The notes: generated by a model from the letters alone, not told the origin. A stretch of DNA of 64,000 bases from an uncultured Nitrososphaerota archaeon (GCA_963718895.1 CAVRAG010000008.1:1024001-1088000); one strand, 5' to 3'. Shown: positions 9,343 to 21,771, numbered from the stretch's first letter. Numbers and translations are program-made.

Positions 9343-10334
9343 CTTCCTGTTCTGGTGCTCAGCTCAATGAGCTGTACCGGGGTCGTCTTTCCTTTCACCG
9401 CGCGTACCGGGTGCCTCACGACTACCACCCTTCTGGGGGTTCCTGGGACCGAGCCCCTAAGAAGGGCGTAGTCCGTCTTGACCTCGCCAAAGTGCATGAA
9501 CCCGCCCTTCTGGGCGATGGGGGTATCCTTCGGGTTGGATATCGTGATGATCCGCTTCCCGGTCTCGGTCCTCTGGTGGAAGCCGTGCTGGCCCGCCCTC
9601 GCGACCGTGTACATGACGGCTGCAGGATGCCACGGGCCGATCACACCGACCGCTCTGACGCTCTTCCTCGACTTGTGCTGCTTCCTCTTGATTCCCATCC
9701 TGGTGACCGGGCCCTCGAAGCCCTGTCCCTTGGTGATACCTATCACGTCGACGTACGAGCCAGCCTTGAAGACCTCGGCAAACTTCACGCCCTTTCCCAA
9801 CATCTTCGTCACGTAGTCGAGCTGTGCCTGTATGTCGCCCCCTCCTACGCCGACCTCGAAGACTATCGGGACCTTCTGAGAGAGACCGGCGTCACGCGGC
9901 ACTATCGAGACGAGCGCGGCTATCCTGACGACGCCCCCGAGCTTGCCCTTCCAGGCCTCGGCGAACTTCTCTGGCTCGATGGAGCTCTTCAGAGACAGTC
10001 CCTTGGGAAGGCTCTTGGAATAGACCTCGCCGATGGCCTTCTCCGCTCCATTCTCGCGGGAGTACAGCCTGAGGCCGACGATAGCCGTCTCCGGAACTGC
10101 CAGTACGCTCGTCGGGTTGAACAGAGGTTTTCCGAAGTTCGGGGTCTTCTCCCTGTCGTCGAGCGTGATGCTGTGCATCGTGCCGACCTTGATGGCGGGA
10201 AAACCGAGTAACGTCGGAGAAGCAGAAGCGATCTTCGGCCAGGTATGGACGGTCGGGACGAAGCTCCCGGCGCGTGCCCTGGGTCTGAAGGCAAGACTTC
10301 CTCTCCTTGGTGCGCTATGTTTACGGTGACCCAA
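9339..10334 (-). CDS. rpl3: 50S ribosomal protein uL3
   Basis: HSAPRRGSLAFRPR, GITKGQGFEGPV, ARAGQHGFHQRTE. Confidence 0.98.
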   Translation of the reverse strand: MGHRKHSAPRRGSLAFRPRARAGSFVPTVHTWPKIASASPTLLGFPAIKVGTMHSITLDDREKTPNFGKPLFNPTSVLAVPETAIVGLRLYSRENGAEKAIGEVYSKSLPKGLSLKSSIEPEKFAEAWKGKLGGVVRIAALVSIVPRDAGLSQKVPIVFEVGVGGGDIQAQLDYVTKMLGKGVKFAEVFKAGSYVDVIGITKGQGFEGPVTRMGIKRKQHKSRKSVRAVGVIGPWHPAAVMYTVARAGQHGFHQRTETGKRIITISNPKDTPIAQKGGFMHFGEVKTDYALLRGSVPGTPRRVVVVRHPVRAVKGKTTPVQLIELSTRTGR

Positions 10335-10375
10335 GCTAAAACACTGTGGAGTTTACCCCGATTTTCCATTAGCCT

Positions 10376-11209
10376 TTAAACTTTCGTGTTTTGCGAGGCA
10401 TTCAGCACCTCGAGTAGATAGAGCGCGGAGGCGATCGCCTCCTCAGACCGGACCGTCGCCACGTGCTGCTCGGGGTAGATGTTCAGCACGAAACCCACTC
10501 GTCCCCGGAGGTCCCCGGCCAAGTCGAAGAGGCCGCGGGAGGGAGAGCCGAAGAGCACCAGGATGCCTCCTGAAGCGCCGACGCGACCGCCGATGTCGGG
10601 GAGGCTCGGCCCGAGCGGATCGCCAAGACGGGAGGTGGCTATCTTCAGCCCGAAGCGGGAATCCGCGAGGACGTCCTCCATGCTTCTCTCTTCGACGGAG
10701 TAGCCCCAGTACTCGCCGGTCTGCGAGCGATTCGCGGGGACGCCCTGGAGGGGTGCGGTGGATGTTATCTTCACCGTGAGCCTCCTTCTGCCGGCGACCC
10801 TTTGGCTCAGCGCGAGGGGCACGTCGAGGCCGACGTCCACGGTAACTCCGTCCTCGAGGACCGCGCCCTCCCTGTACTCTCCCTGGCGCAGGCTCGCGAC
10901 AGCGACCCTCGGCTTGTGGGAGGGTATCCTAAGGGGAGGGAGGAGCCCTGCGTACTTCAGCGACTCGTCGAGCGGGAAGAGCCGTCTCCTGAGGTACTGC
11001 GGCGTCTCGAGGTACTCCAGGACCCGCCTGATGAGACCGGACTCGCCTCCCCCGCGTGGGTCGTGGAAGACCTGTATCACGTCGACCCCGAAGATGGAAC
11101 AGGTCCTGGCGATCTGACCGAGCTTGACCGTCTTCTCCCTGAGGGAGTCGCGCTCCTCCAGAACGGTGTCGGGGAACGCGATTGAAAGCTTCTTACCGGC
11201 GAGTGTCAT
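10376..11209 (-). CDS. SPOUT RNA methyltransferase (DUF171 / MTH1-like)
   Basis: KLGQIARTCSIFGVD, YLETPQYLRRRLF, GEYWGYSV, FGSPSRGL, PEQHVATVRSEEA; conserved position upstream of rpl3. Confidence 0.9.
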   Translation of the reverse strand: MTLAGKKLSIAFPDTVLEERDSLREKTVKLGQIARTCSIFGVDVIQVFHDPRGGGESGLIRRVLEYLETPQYLRRRLFPLDESLKYAGLLPPLRIPSHKPRVAVASLRQGEYREGAVLEDGVTVDVGLDVPLALSQRVAGRRRLTVKITSTAPLQGVPANRSQTGEYWGYSVEERSMEDVLADSRFGLKIATSRLGDPLGPSLPDIGGRVGASGGILVLFGSPSRGLFDLAGDLRGRVGFVLNIYPEQHVATVRSEEAIASALYLLEVLNASQNTKV

Positions 11210-11302
11210 TGGCTGTCATCGCTCCGCGCAAGTCTCGATTGCTTCGGTTACGACACTCAAAAGCACCTTTAACTATATTGCCCCCGGACGACGGCTCAGG
11301 TC

Positions 11303-11731
11303 ATGTCTGAGAGGGAGAAGATAGAGTATGAGCTCCGCGGGAAGACTCTGACGATCTATCTCTACATGCTCAAACAGGGCAAGCCGGTCGGGGTCAGGGA
11401 GGTTCAGCGGGACCTTAAGCTGTCAAGCCCGAGCGTGGCATTCCACCACCTGGACAAGATGACGCGGCTCGGGGTGGTCGAGCAGGACCAGCTTGGCAAC
11501 TATGTCATCTTGAAGAAGGTCGATCCGGGTATACTTCAGGCCTTCGTGAACGTGGGCAAGTTCAGCCTTCCTAGGGTCGGATTCTATGCCGTCTTCTTCA
11601 CCACAATCGCCGTGGCCTATCTGATTTCTAACCTCAGCTTCCTCGACGTCTACGCGCTCATCGGGACGTTCGGCGCCGCTGCCGTCTTCTGGTACGAGCT
11701 TGTCAGGATATGGAGGAGGAGGCCGATCTAG
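11303..11731 (+). CDS. Winged-HTH protein with two C-terminal TM helices
   Basis: LRGKTLTIYLYML..GVREVQRDLKLSSPSVAFHHLDKM followed by two hydrophobic segments. Confidence 0.8.
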   Translation: MSEREKIEYELRGKTLTIYLYMLKQGKPVGVREVQRDLKLSSPSVAFHHLDKMTRLGVVEQDQLGNYVILKKVDPGILQAFVNVGKFSLPRVGFYAVFFTTIAVAYLISNLSFLDVYALIGTFGAAAVFWYELVRIWRRRPI

Positions 11732-11769
11732 ATGACGCAACCTGATGCGACAGAAGAGGGCCTCCCCAG

Positions 11770-12133
11770 ATGAACGCTGGTCGTCCCTTGGCGGGCGCGG
11801 CCTCGGGCCTTCTGCTGGCGGTCATCCTGATCGCTGGGGTGAGCGTTGCTGGCGGTGGGTCGCTGCATCTCGACCTGGCCAAGGCCAGCAGCAACGCGGC
11901 GGGGTCCGGCGGCGCGTCCATCCAGAGCGGAGAGCCCGGAGGAGTCGCCATAGCCCCCCAGACGACGCAGGCGGCCTCGGCGAGCTCCGGTGCCTGGCCC
12001 GTCTCCTCGGTCAATGGCCTCGAAGGCCAGAGCGGAGGCTCGGTAGGGCTGCTGCTGCTCCCGGTTGCCCTGGGAGCGGCCCTCGGAGCGGTCTTCTACA
12101 TCGCTTACAACCGTAGAATCGATGCGCGAGTGA
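11770..12133 (+). CDS. Small membrane protein (N- and C-terminal TM, Ser/Gly/Ala linker)
   Basis: ORF track 11770..12333; the likely true stop is the TGA at ~12131 (indel), otherwise it overlaps the convergent ALDH by 200 nt. Confidence 0.55.
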
Positions 12134-12136
12134 TGT

Positions 12137-13718
12137 CTACCCCGTCACTACGGTCTGTGACTGCTCTCTCAGGTACGAGAGGAGATAGTTGGGTCCTCCG
12201 ACTCCCTTGCCTGTCGCTCCGCTTGCCTTCCACCCAACGAACGTCTGTGCCCCCGGCCATGCCCCCGTGGTCGCGCCTCCCTTCCTGTTGGCGTAGACGA
12301 CACCGAACTGTATCCCGTCAAGGAACCGCTTGATCTCGGCCTTGTCCTCGCTGAATATCCCGGCCGTGAGACCGTACTCTGTGTCGTTGGCCTTCTCAAG
12401 AGCCTCGTCGAGCGTCTTGAACTCGTCGACCACCACGAACGGCACGAAGAGTTCTTCCCTGAAGAGCCTGTGCCCGCTCGGGACATCGACCGCAACCGTG
12501 GGCTCGACGTAGTAGCCCTTGCCGTAGAGGCCTTTGTCCAGGACGCTTCCCTCCGAAGAAGATCTTCCCCTTCTTCTCGGCGCTCTTGACTGCGTCCTGG
12601 AAGGTCTCCACGGCGGCCTTGTTGATCACCGGGCCCATGAAGGCCTCCTTGGCCCGGGGGTCCATGACCCGAACCTCCTTGAGGCGGTTCTTCAGCGCCG
12701 CAAGGAAGGCCTTCTTGACCGAGCGCTGCACGTAGACGCGGGACGCGGCACTGCACTTCTGGCCGGAGTAGCCGTAGGCGGCCCGCACGACGCCCTCGAC
12801 GGCTTTCTTCAGGTCCGCCTTCTCGGTGATGATCACGGGGTTCTTGCTCCCCAGCTCCATCACGACGGGTTTGATGCAAGACCCTCGCTGGAATTCGTGG
12901 AAGAGTCTCAGGCCCACGTCCATCGACCCAGTGAAGGCCAACCCGGCGACGTGCCGGTTCTTGGTGAACTCGTTCTCGTAGTTCGCCCCTGGGCCCGTCA
13001 CGAAGTTGACCGCGCCGGCAGGGACACCTGCGTCTCGGTATGCGTGGTAGAGCATCAGTCCGGTGAGCGGCGCCGCGCTCGTGGGCTTCAGGATCACGGT
13101 GTTGCCGGTTATCAGGGCGCCGCTCGCCATCCCGTTCGCGAGCATGAAGGGGAAGTTGAACGGGGATATCACAGGCCAGACGCCGTACGGCTTCATGACC
13201 ATCGTGCAGTCTTCGCCTGGACCTCCAGGACCCATCTTCCTGATGTACCCGTCGTTCTCCTCCATCGACTTGGCGAACTCCCGGATGGCGTCGACGGCCT
13301 CCCACACCTCGGCGAGCGCCTCGGTCCGGTTCTTTCCGACTTCGTAGCTGATCGTGGCAGCTATCTCGAACTTGCTCTCGTCCATCAGCTCCGCCGTCCT
13401 CAGCAGAATCTTGACTCGCTCCTTCCACGGAAGTCGGCTCCAGGCAGGGAAGGCCCTGCGCGCGGCGCCTATGGCGGCTTTGGCGTGCTTCTTGTTCCCG
13501 ACCGGAAAGTATCCGACAACAAGCGATGTGTCGATCGGGCTCCTGACGGCGAACTCTCCGTCCTTCGACACGACCGCCTCGTCGCCGATGTACATCCGGT
13601 AGTGCTTGCCAAGCGACTTCGACAGCTTCCTGACCGCTGACTCGTACTTCGGATGGATGCTCTCGTCGGCGAATAGGGTCACGTAGGTTATCTTTGGTGC
13701 TTGCGTGGGCACGAACAA
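12137..13718 (-). CDS. Aldehyde dehydrogenase (P5C dehydrogenase-like), frameshift near 12540
   Basis: ISPFNFP, FTGS, MELGSKN, YSGQKCSAASR; the C-terminal part (YGLTAGIFS, FVGWKASG) is in another frame. Confidence 0.9.
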
Positions 13719-13761
13719 TTCGGCCCTCTTTAGCCTAATTAACGTTTACCAAGAGTTCCGG

Positions 13762-14409
13762 TCAGGCGGGCGTCCTCGGCAGTGGCGAAGGCGCATCCAC
13801 GAGATCGGCCTTGAAGACCTTTGAGAAGCTGCTGACGACCTCCCGCTTCACCGATTCCATCTCGACCTTCCTGCCCGTGAGCCTCTCCAGCGAGGTCATC
13901 GTATCGGGGTCGAGTCCGCACGGTCTGATCAGCTGAAAGTAGCTCATGTCGGTGTTCACGTTTAGGGCGAACCCGTGGTAGGTGACCCAGTTCGTCACGG
14001 CCACCCCGATCGAAGCGAGCTTCTTCTCTCCCACCCATACCCCCGTGTGGTTTTCCTTGCGGCCGGCTTCCACCGAGAACCGTCTGGAGGCGGTGATGAG
14101 CACCTCTTCGAGCGCCCTCACGAAGCCTCTGACGTCCGGGACCTCCATCTTGATGATTGGATACCCGACGAGCTGTCCGGGACCGTGGTAGGTCGCGTCG
14201 CCGCCCCGCTCGACCTGGAACACCGGTACATCGAGTGGCTTGAAGTTCTCGGGCGTGGTCTTCCTTCCCAGGGTTATGACGTGTTCGTGCTCGACGAGAA
14301 TCAGCGTGTCTTGGACCTCTCCCCTCGATCTCGCCTCGACGAGAGCCCTCTGCAGGTCCCAGACCTCAGGGTACGGCCTCCTCCCGAGGTCGAGCAGCGA
14401 CACCCTCAT
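13762..14409 (-). CDS. lipB: Lipoyl(octanoyl) transferase LipB
   Basis: LILVEHEHVITLGR, ERGGDATYHGPGQLVGYPI, KLASIG, HGFALNVNTD, PCGL. Confidence 0.95.
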   Translation of the reverse strand: MRVSLLDLGRRPYPEVWDLQRALVEARSRGEVQDTLILVEHEHVITLGRKTTPENFKPLDVPVFQVERGGDATYHGPGQLVGYPIIKMEVPDVRGFVRALEEVLITASRRFSVEAGRKENHTGVWVGEKKLASIGVAVTNWVTYHGFALNVNTDMSYFQLIRPCGLDPDTMTSLERLTGRKVEMESVKREVVSSFSKVFKADLVDAPSPLPRTPA

Positions 14410-15804
14410 AGTCTCAGCTGATGTATCGGCCTTCCCGACGGCCGATTCCGCGGCCTCCATTATCGCCTCAGGAAGCGTGGGGTGGGGATGGATCGTCAGG
14501 GCCAGGTCCTCCGTGGTCGCACCCATCTCGATCGCGAGTGCCGCTTCGCTTATCAGGTCCGAGGCCTCCGGTCCAACTATCTGGACCCCTATGACGACTC
14601 GGCTGGTGGCATCAGAGATTATCCTAACGAATCCATCAGTCTCTCCAGCGGCGATCGCCCTCCCGAGAGCGACGAATGGGAATCTCGACTTCTTCACCTG
14701 ATAACCTGCCTCGACCGCCTGCTTCTCTGTGAGACCCACGCCCGATATCTCGGGGTCGGTGAATATCGCCCACGGAATGCTCTTCCATTCGGCCACGGTC
14801 GGCAGGCCTGACGCAGATTCGGCAGCGACTATTCCCTCCTTCTGGGCCTTATGGGCCAAGAGCGGCATCCCCCTCACGTCCCCTATGGCGAAGATGTTCC
14901 TGACGTTCGTGCGCATCTGCTGGTCGCTCTTGATGTAGCCCTTGGGGTCGACCTCGATGCCCAGCCTTTCAAGGTTGAGATTGCGCGTGACCGGTCGTCT
15001 GCCGACGCTCACCAGGACGATGTCCGCTTCGACTAGCGTCTCGCCCTGCGGGGTCTCGACCTTCGCCCTCGCTCCTTCGGAGGTCTTCTCAATGGACAGC
15101 ACCTTCGATTTTAGGTGAATCTTGGCGCCCCTTCGTTCGAGGCTCTTCTGGACGTACCTCACGAGGTCAGGCTCGGTCCCGGGCAGGAGCTGGTCCATCA
15201 GCTCAACGACGGTGATCTGGCTCCCCAGTCGCTGGTACATGCCTGCGATCTCGAGCCCGATGTAGCCTCCTCCGACTATCAGCATCCTCTTGGGCAGCTT
15301 CTCGAGCTCGAGAGCCTCCCTCGAGCTAACGATCCTCTTGCCATCGAACTCCAGACCTGGCAGTGAAATCGCGCTCGAGCCCGTGGCTATCACGACATTC
15401 TTGGTCGACAATTCTTCCGTCCCGCTCTCGGTCTTCACGACGACCCTGTTGGTCTCGGCGAGTTCGGCCTCCCCCTTGATCACTTCTACCTTGTATCCCT
15501 GGCAAAGGGTGGCAACCCCGGTCTCCAGGCTCCGGACCACCCCCGCCTTCCAGGACTGGAGGGCGGCGAAGTCGATGGTCAGGCCCTCCGCGTGCATCCC
15601 GAACTTCGCGCCCTCACGCACCTTGTCGTACGCCTTGGCGACCGCGATGATGGACTTGGATGGAATGCAACCGGCAATCAGGCACTCGCCGCCCAGCCGT
15701 GCCCTCTCGACGAGGACGGTCTTGAGGCCCAACTGAGACGCTCGGATGGCGCAGACATATCCGCCGGGGCCTCCGCCGATGACGACGAGGTCTACCTCTC
15801 TCAA
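14406..15804 (-). CDS. lpdA: Dihydrolipoamide dehydrogenase (E3)
   Basis: GGGPGGY, GGECLIAGCIPSK, GGGYIGLE, HPHPTLPEA; removing one G near 14428 restores GKPIHQLRL* with an ATGA overlap to lipB. Confidence 0.95.
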
Positions 15805-15868
15805 ATTACCATTACTCAGGCCCGGCGGGTCGACATTCTCCTTAAACGTTCCTGAGGGACCGGAGGTC

Positions 15869-16790
15869 TCAGCGGACGTAGGAGAGCCAGGGCTTGTACT
15901 TCTCGATCCTTCCGTGAATGGCGTCCAGATAGATCTTCTGTATCTTCTTGGTCGTCGGGTACTGGCCGTCACCTATCATCCTCCCGTCGACCTCCCGGAT
16001 CGGGGTGACGTTGGCGGCGGTGCCGCTGAAGAAGAGCTCGTCGGCAGTGTACAGCTCGTCCTTGGTGAAGTCCTCCTCGAGTATCTCCATCCCGCTGTCC
16101 CGGGCGATCTGGATGACCGACGCTCTCGTCACCCCGCCCAGTATCCCCGACTGCATCGTGGGCGTGTACACGACGCCGTCCCTCACCCTGAAGATGTTCT
16201 CACCCGACCCCTCAGCCACGTGGCCGTCCAGGGTCAGGAGAATGGCCTCGTCGTACCCTGCGGCCATGGCGTCGGTCTTCGCGAGTATCGAATTGGCGTA
16301 GTTCGCCGAGCACTTTGCCTGGGGCGGAAGAATCCGCGAGTCTATCCTGGCCCAGCTCGAGACTCCGCACCTTATTCCCTTCTCCATGCCCTCCTCTCCT
16401 AGATAGGCCCCCCACTCCCAGCACCCGATCGCCCCGATGACCTTGTTCTTCAGCGGATTGACGCCCATCTCGCCAAAGGAGCTGAAGACGATGGGGCGGA
16501 CGTAGCAGGCCTGGAGCCTGTTCTCCTTCACGAGGTCGAGGCATGCACCGGTGAGCTGCTCCTTCGTGTATGGCAACTTCATCCTGTAGACCTTGGCGCC
16601 GTCGAAGAGCCTGTCGATGTGCTCCCTCAGCCTGAATATCGCCGGACCGTCGGCGGTGTCGTTGCAACGGATGCCCTCGAAGATAGCGTATCCGTAGTGC
16701 AGCGCATGTGTGAGTACGTGTATCTTGGCATCATCCCACGGGACGAACTTCCCGTCGAACCAGATTGCCTTTGTCGGTTGCAACTTGCTA
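15869..16790 (-). CDS. ilvE: Branched-chain amino acid aminotransferase
   Basis: HALHYGYAIFEGIR, FRLREHIDRL, AKCSANYANS, EGSGENIF, ILGGVTR. Confidence 0.96.
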
Positions 16791-16818
16791 ACACCTGGTT
16801 CTCCCGCCCTGAGGCTAT

Positions 16819-17860
16819 TTACGTATCGCTCAAGCCCGACAGGTGTTTGGCGACGGCGGACTCCGACCTCTGAGGTGGAGCTCGCCCCGCCCAGGTCGCT
16901 GGGTCCTGACGCCCGCCCTCGAGCGTGTGGTTGACAGCCGACCTGATGGCAGACGCCGCTTCGGTGCAGCTCGCGTCGCCGCGGGTCTTCGAGAGCCATT
17001 CCAGCATCATGGCACACGTGAGCAGCATCGCGACGGGGTTGGCGAGCCCCTTGCCCGCTATGTCGGGGGCTGCCCCGTGAACGGGCTCGAATATGGCAGA
17101 GCCTTCGCCGATGTTGGCAGAGGGCGCGACCCCGAGCCCCCCGACGAGCTGGGCCGCCTCGTCAGAGAGTATGTCGCCGTACATGTTCGTGGTAACAATG
17201 ACGTCGAAGGTCTCGGGCATCCTGATCAGGTTCATCGCGGCCGAGTCGACGAGCATCTCGCTGAAGGCGATCGACGGATGGCCTCGGCGAGACCTCTCTG
17301 CAGACCTGCGAGAATAGCCCATCGCTCTTCCTGAGCACGTTTGACTTGTGCACGGCGAGGACCTTCCTCGGGCCGTTCCTCTGCTCGGCCAGCTCGAACG
17401 CGTACTTGGCTATCCTCTCCGAGGCCCTCCGCGTTATCGTGCGGAGTGCGACGACCCCTCCCTCGAACTCGAACTCCATCCCGCGGTAGAGGCACTCTGT
17501 GTTCTCCCTTACGATTACGAAGTCGATGTCGGGCCTCAGCGAAGCGACATGGGGCAGGCTCTTGGACGGTCTGATGTTGGCGTAGAGGTTGAGCACCTGT
17601 CTCAGCTTGACGATCGTCTCCGCAGCGGTGTCGCCGACTGGTGCCTTGAGGCACGCGTCCGAGTCCCTTATCGTCGAGAGCGAGCCCTCGGGGAGCGCCT
17701 CCCCGGTCCTTGACTTGCAGCCGTCTCCCGCCGGGGCGGCCCTGAACTCGAACCTCAGGTCGAAGCGGGCCCGGAGAGCCTCGAGGACTTGGAGCGATAC
17801 CGAGGAGATCTCTGGTCCGATTCCGTCACCCTCGATTGTGGCGATCGTATAGGTCGTCAA
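16819..17860 (-). CDS. leuB: 3-isopropylmalate dehydrogenase (frameshifted)
   Basis: GDGIGPE, LYANIRP, VRENTE, HKSNVL; [31 protein letters not shown] in the next frame. Confidence 0.9.
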
Positions 17861-17876
17861 GCGAGAATCACAGGAG

Positions 17877-18405
17877 CTACTGAGCGGGGGCTTTCAGCTT
17901 TTGCCTCAGCCGCTCTCGGACATATCCGAGGAAGCCGCCCCTCTTCATCTGCTCCACCGCGGCGTCTGTCGCTACTATGACGAACTCCGTCCCCTTCGTC
18001 AGGTCCTTGAGGCTCCGTGCGTCGAGGTCGATAAGGAGCTCGTCCCCCAGCTCGATCCTGCTCGTGTCGCTTATCTGGATGGGCAGCAGCCCGTTGTTGA
18101 GCGCGTTCCTGTAGAAGATGTCAGGGAACGATTGTGCCACGACCGCGATGACGTTGTTGTACTTCACCGCGTAGACGGCCTGCTCCCTCGAGCTCCCGCA
18201 TCCGAAGTTGTTCCCCGCAACGACGATGCTCTCCTTGTTGGCCCGGCAGGCGGACTTGAACGAGGGGTCGTAATACTCGAAGGCGTGGTCTGCGAAGAAC
18301 TGCTTGTCCCAGCTCTCCTGGAGCAGATACGCTGGGATGATGTAGTCGGTGTTGATGTCGTCCGGGTACTTCTTGGCGACCTTCCCTCTGAGTCTGCATG
18401 GTCAA
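17877..18405 (-). CDS. leuD: 3-isopropylmalate dehydratase small subunit (frameshifted)
   Basis: DDINTDYIIP, GNNFGCGSSREQA, SFPDIFYRNALNNGLLP. Confidence 0.9.
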
Positions 18406-19721
18406 TCACCCAGGTACTTCCGCGGGTCGGCGATCCTACCCTCGAGGGCGGTCGCCGCTGCGACCGCAGGCGAAGCCGAGATAGATGAAAGCCTCCGGCG
18501 AGCCCATCCTGCCCCTTGTAGTTCCGGTTGCTCGTGCTGAGGCACCGGTCGCCGGGGGCGAGAATACCCATGTGCTTCCCGAAGCAGGGTCCGCAGTTCG
18601 AGGACTCGATGTTAGCGCCGCTCTGGGCGATGGTATTGAGGATGCCGTTGTCCATGGCCCAGTTGTAGACCTTCCTGCTCGCAGGGATGACTATCAGGTT
18701 CGTGTCGGGGTGCACCTTCCTCCCCTTCAGGATCTTGGCGGCCACAGTCAGGTCGCTCCTCCTGGCGTTCGCGCACGAGCCAAGGAAGACGACGTTGATG
18801 GGATCGCTCACCTCGCTGACGGGCTTCGCGTTTGCTGGTGAATGCGGCAGCGAGACGGTCGGTTCGATTGCCGAGGCGTCGACGTTCACGGTCTGTGAGT
18901 AGGACGCGTCCTCGTCGCTCCGCATGACCATCCCCGTCTGCTCTGCGCTGACCGACTGGCCCTTTCCCGAGAGTGCGTTGTTGACGTAACCCATAGTCGT
19001 CTGGTCCGGATTGACTATTGCAGTCCTGGCGCTCATCTCGACCGAGAGGTTGCAGATCGTGAACCGTCCGTCCATCTCCATCGAGGAGATGGTTGGGCCC
19101 TCGTACTCGGCGACCCTCTTGGAGCATCCTCCCTCGCCCATGAGTCCCAGGACGTGAAGCACGAGGTCCTTGGGATAGACGCCGAGCTGCAGGTTCCCGT
19201 CGACGTGGAACCGGACGGTCTCGGGAACCGTGAAAGAGTAGAGCTCCCCCGTAGCCAGCAGGTTCTCGCCCTCCGTCGTCCCTATCCCGAAGGCGAGCGC
19301 ACCGAGGGCGCCCTGGGTGCAGGTGTGCGAGTCCGTCGCCACCGCTATCTCGCCGGGCAGGACAAACCCCTCCTCCGAGGCTATCGTGTGCTCGATCCCG
19401 TCCCCCTCCTTGTACATCGCTATCTGCTGCTGTTTGGCGAAATCAGCCATCAGCTTGATCCCCGAGCTGACCATGATCGAGCACGATGGGACGGTGTGGT
19501 CGGGCATGAACGCGACTCTCAGAAGGGTCGAAGACCTTCATCCTCCTCCCTGCATCCTGATAGACGTCCCCGAAGTCCTTCTGGAAGTTGAGGATGGCTG
19601 GGGGACCGATGACCTCGTTGAAGTACAGCTTGTCGACAGGAAGGGCCTCGATCAGCTCCCCGGCCTTGACAGTCCTCCCCACGGCGCGCGAGACTATCTT
19701 CTCGGTTATTGTGGAGCCCAT
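18405..19721 (-). CDS. leuC: 3-isopropylmalate dehydratase large subunit (frameshifted)
   Basis: TITEKI, PDHTVP, TDSHTCTQGALG, FLGSCANAR, CGPCFG, STSNRNY. Confidence 0.92.
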
Positions 19722-21286
19722 TCACAAACCCTCTATGGGACCCGTGGGCTTCTCCGGCTCGAGAACCCTGATCCTCTCCGTGTCCTGCTTCTTCGCCAGC
19801 AGGGCGTTGGTACCGGCGACGATGGCTTCCACGCTGGCCACGACGATGTCCCTCTTCATGCCTCTTCCGGAAGCGGTGTGTCCGGCGTCGTCCTCGACCT
19901 CCACCGTCACGTCGGCGACCGCGCCCGAGTCTCCGGTCAGGGCCTCCAGCCTGTAGTTCTTCAGCCGGACCGTCTCGATGTTGCTGAATATCTTCTGGAT
20001 GGCGTTCACCGCTGCGTCGACCGCCCCGGACCCCACCTCTGTGGCCTCGTGGAGATGGCCGCGCACCAGCAGCTTGACGGTCGCGGTCGGGAGCCTCTTG
20101 ATGCCCGTCACGACCTCCAGTCCCTCCAGCTCGACGAGCTCGTTCTTCTCGGCGCTGCCGCCCCCCATGATCTGGACGGCTATCTGATAGAGGTCGGAGT
20201 CGGTCACGCTGGATCCTCCGTCGCCCATCTCCTTGACCCTCCCTACGATGAGCCTCAAGCTCTCCTCCTTGGGCTTGAGCCCCATGCCTCGCAGCTGCGC
20301 CGAGATGCCATGGCGGCCCGCGTGCTTCCCTGCCTGCAGCCACCTCGTCCTTCCGACCATCGACGGATCGAACGGCTCGAAGGTCGAGGGGTTGTTCAGG
20401 ACCCCGTCGGTGTGTATCCCTGACTCATGGCCGAACGCGTTGTCCCCGATTATCGCCTTGTTCGGTTGTATCGGCACGCCGGTGAGCCTGTTGACAAGGC
20501 GTGACGTCTCGTAGAGCAACTGGTAGTTGGTGTTGGTGGGGAGCGCGTAGAGGTTGTTGCAGGCCATCACGAACTCCTCCAGCGAGGTGTTGCCAGACCT
20601 CTCCCCTATTCCGTTGATCGTGACGTGCACCTGGTCTGCGCCCGCGACCACTCCGGCAAGGCTGTTCGCAACTGCCAGTCCGTAGTCGTTGTGGCAGTGC
20701 ATGCTGATCATGATGTCAGAGACCGACCTGGCGGCTCTGACGTAGTCCGCCATCAGCTGCGGTGTCGCTATGCCCACCGTGTCCGGGATGTCGAAGCGGT
20801 CCGCGCCGGCCTCAGAGACGGCCTTCACGACCTGCTTGAAGAACCCGATTTCCGTCCTCGTGGCGTCCATGGCCGAGAACTCGACCTTCACCCCGAAGCT
20901 CTTCGCGTACCTCACGGCCTCGGTGGACTGCTCGATCATCCGATCTCTGGTGATGTTCATCTGGTGCTGGAGGTGGATGTCCGAGGAGGAGAGGAAGACG
21001 TGGATTCCGTTTATCCCACACCCGATGGCGGTGTCGATGTCTGCCTTCTCGGCGCGGGCCAGGCCGCACACCTCCGCCCTGAGACCGGCTCTGCGCGATG
21101 GCGCGGATCGCCTCCTGCTCTCCCTTCGAGGTGATCGGGAAGCCTGCCTCTATCACGTCGACGCCCAGCCGATCGAGGGCCTGAGCTATCTCGAGCTTCT
21201 CCTGCGGCGTGAGCGAGACGCCCGGGGTCTGCTCCCCGTCCCTCAGGGTTGTGTCGAAGATCCTGAATCAGACGGCCGGCGGTCAT
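19722..21286 (-). CDS. leuA: 2-isopropylmalate synthase (frameshifted near 5' end)
   Basis: [49 protein letters not shown]-terminal regulatory domain. Confidence 0.92.
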
Positions 21287-21771
21287 GTCTGGACCTCCTT
21301 TGGGAGGGCCGCGACGCCTGTCCTCGCTATGTCGAGGACGCTGGTGTTGAGCCCGGCGACGAAGTCGTCAATCTGTTTGGCGCTCCCGACTATCTCCACC
21401 ACGGCGGACCGGGTCGACGAGTCCACGATGCGGCAGGATTGCATCTTCTGTATGTCGGCTATGGACATCTTGTCGGTGTTGATCCTCACGAGTGCCAGCT
21501 CTCTGGCCGTCACCTCCTCAGGACTGTAGGTGTGGGCTTCGAGGACGTCTATCACTTTCATCAGCTGCCTGGCCACGTGCTCTACGGCGGCGTCGTCTCC
21601 TTCGAGCGTTATGGTGATCCGGACGTCTTCGCCCCCGTTGGTCGCGCCAGCTGTCATCCCGTCGATGTTCAGGCGCATCAGCCTCACCAGGTGGACCACC
21701 CTGAAGAGGGCGCCGGGCTTGTTCTCGACCAGTGCCGAGAGAACCTTCGAGGCCCTCAGAAGACGGACATC
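21283..21771 (-). CDS. ilvN: Acetolactate synthase small regulatory subunit
   Basis: VLSALVENKPGALFRV ACT domain, QLMKVIDV, RELALVRI, IARTGVAAL. Confidence 0.9.
   Translation of the reverse strand, partial: DVRLLRASKVLSALVENKPGALFRVVHLVRLMRLNIDGMTAGATNGGEDVRITITLEGDDAAVEHVARQLMKVIDVLEAHTYSPEEVTARELALVRINTDKMSIADIQKMQSCRIVDSSTRSAVVEIVGSAKQIDDFVAGLNTSVLDIARTGVAALPKEVQT

Noticed and set aside
13762-15972. Apparent LpdA-LipB fusion (736 aa)
   Set aside because: One extra G near 14428; removing it gives the normal ...GKPIHQLRL* end and an ATGA overlap with lipB
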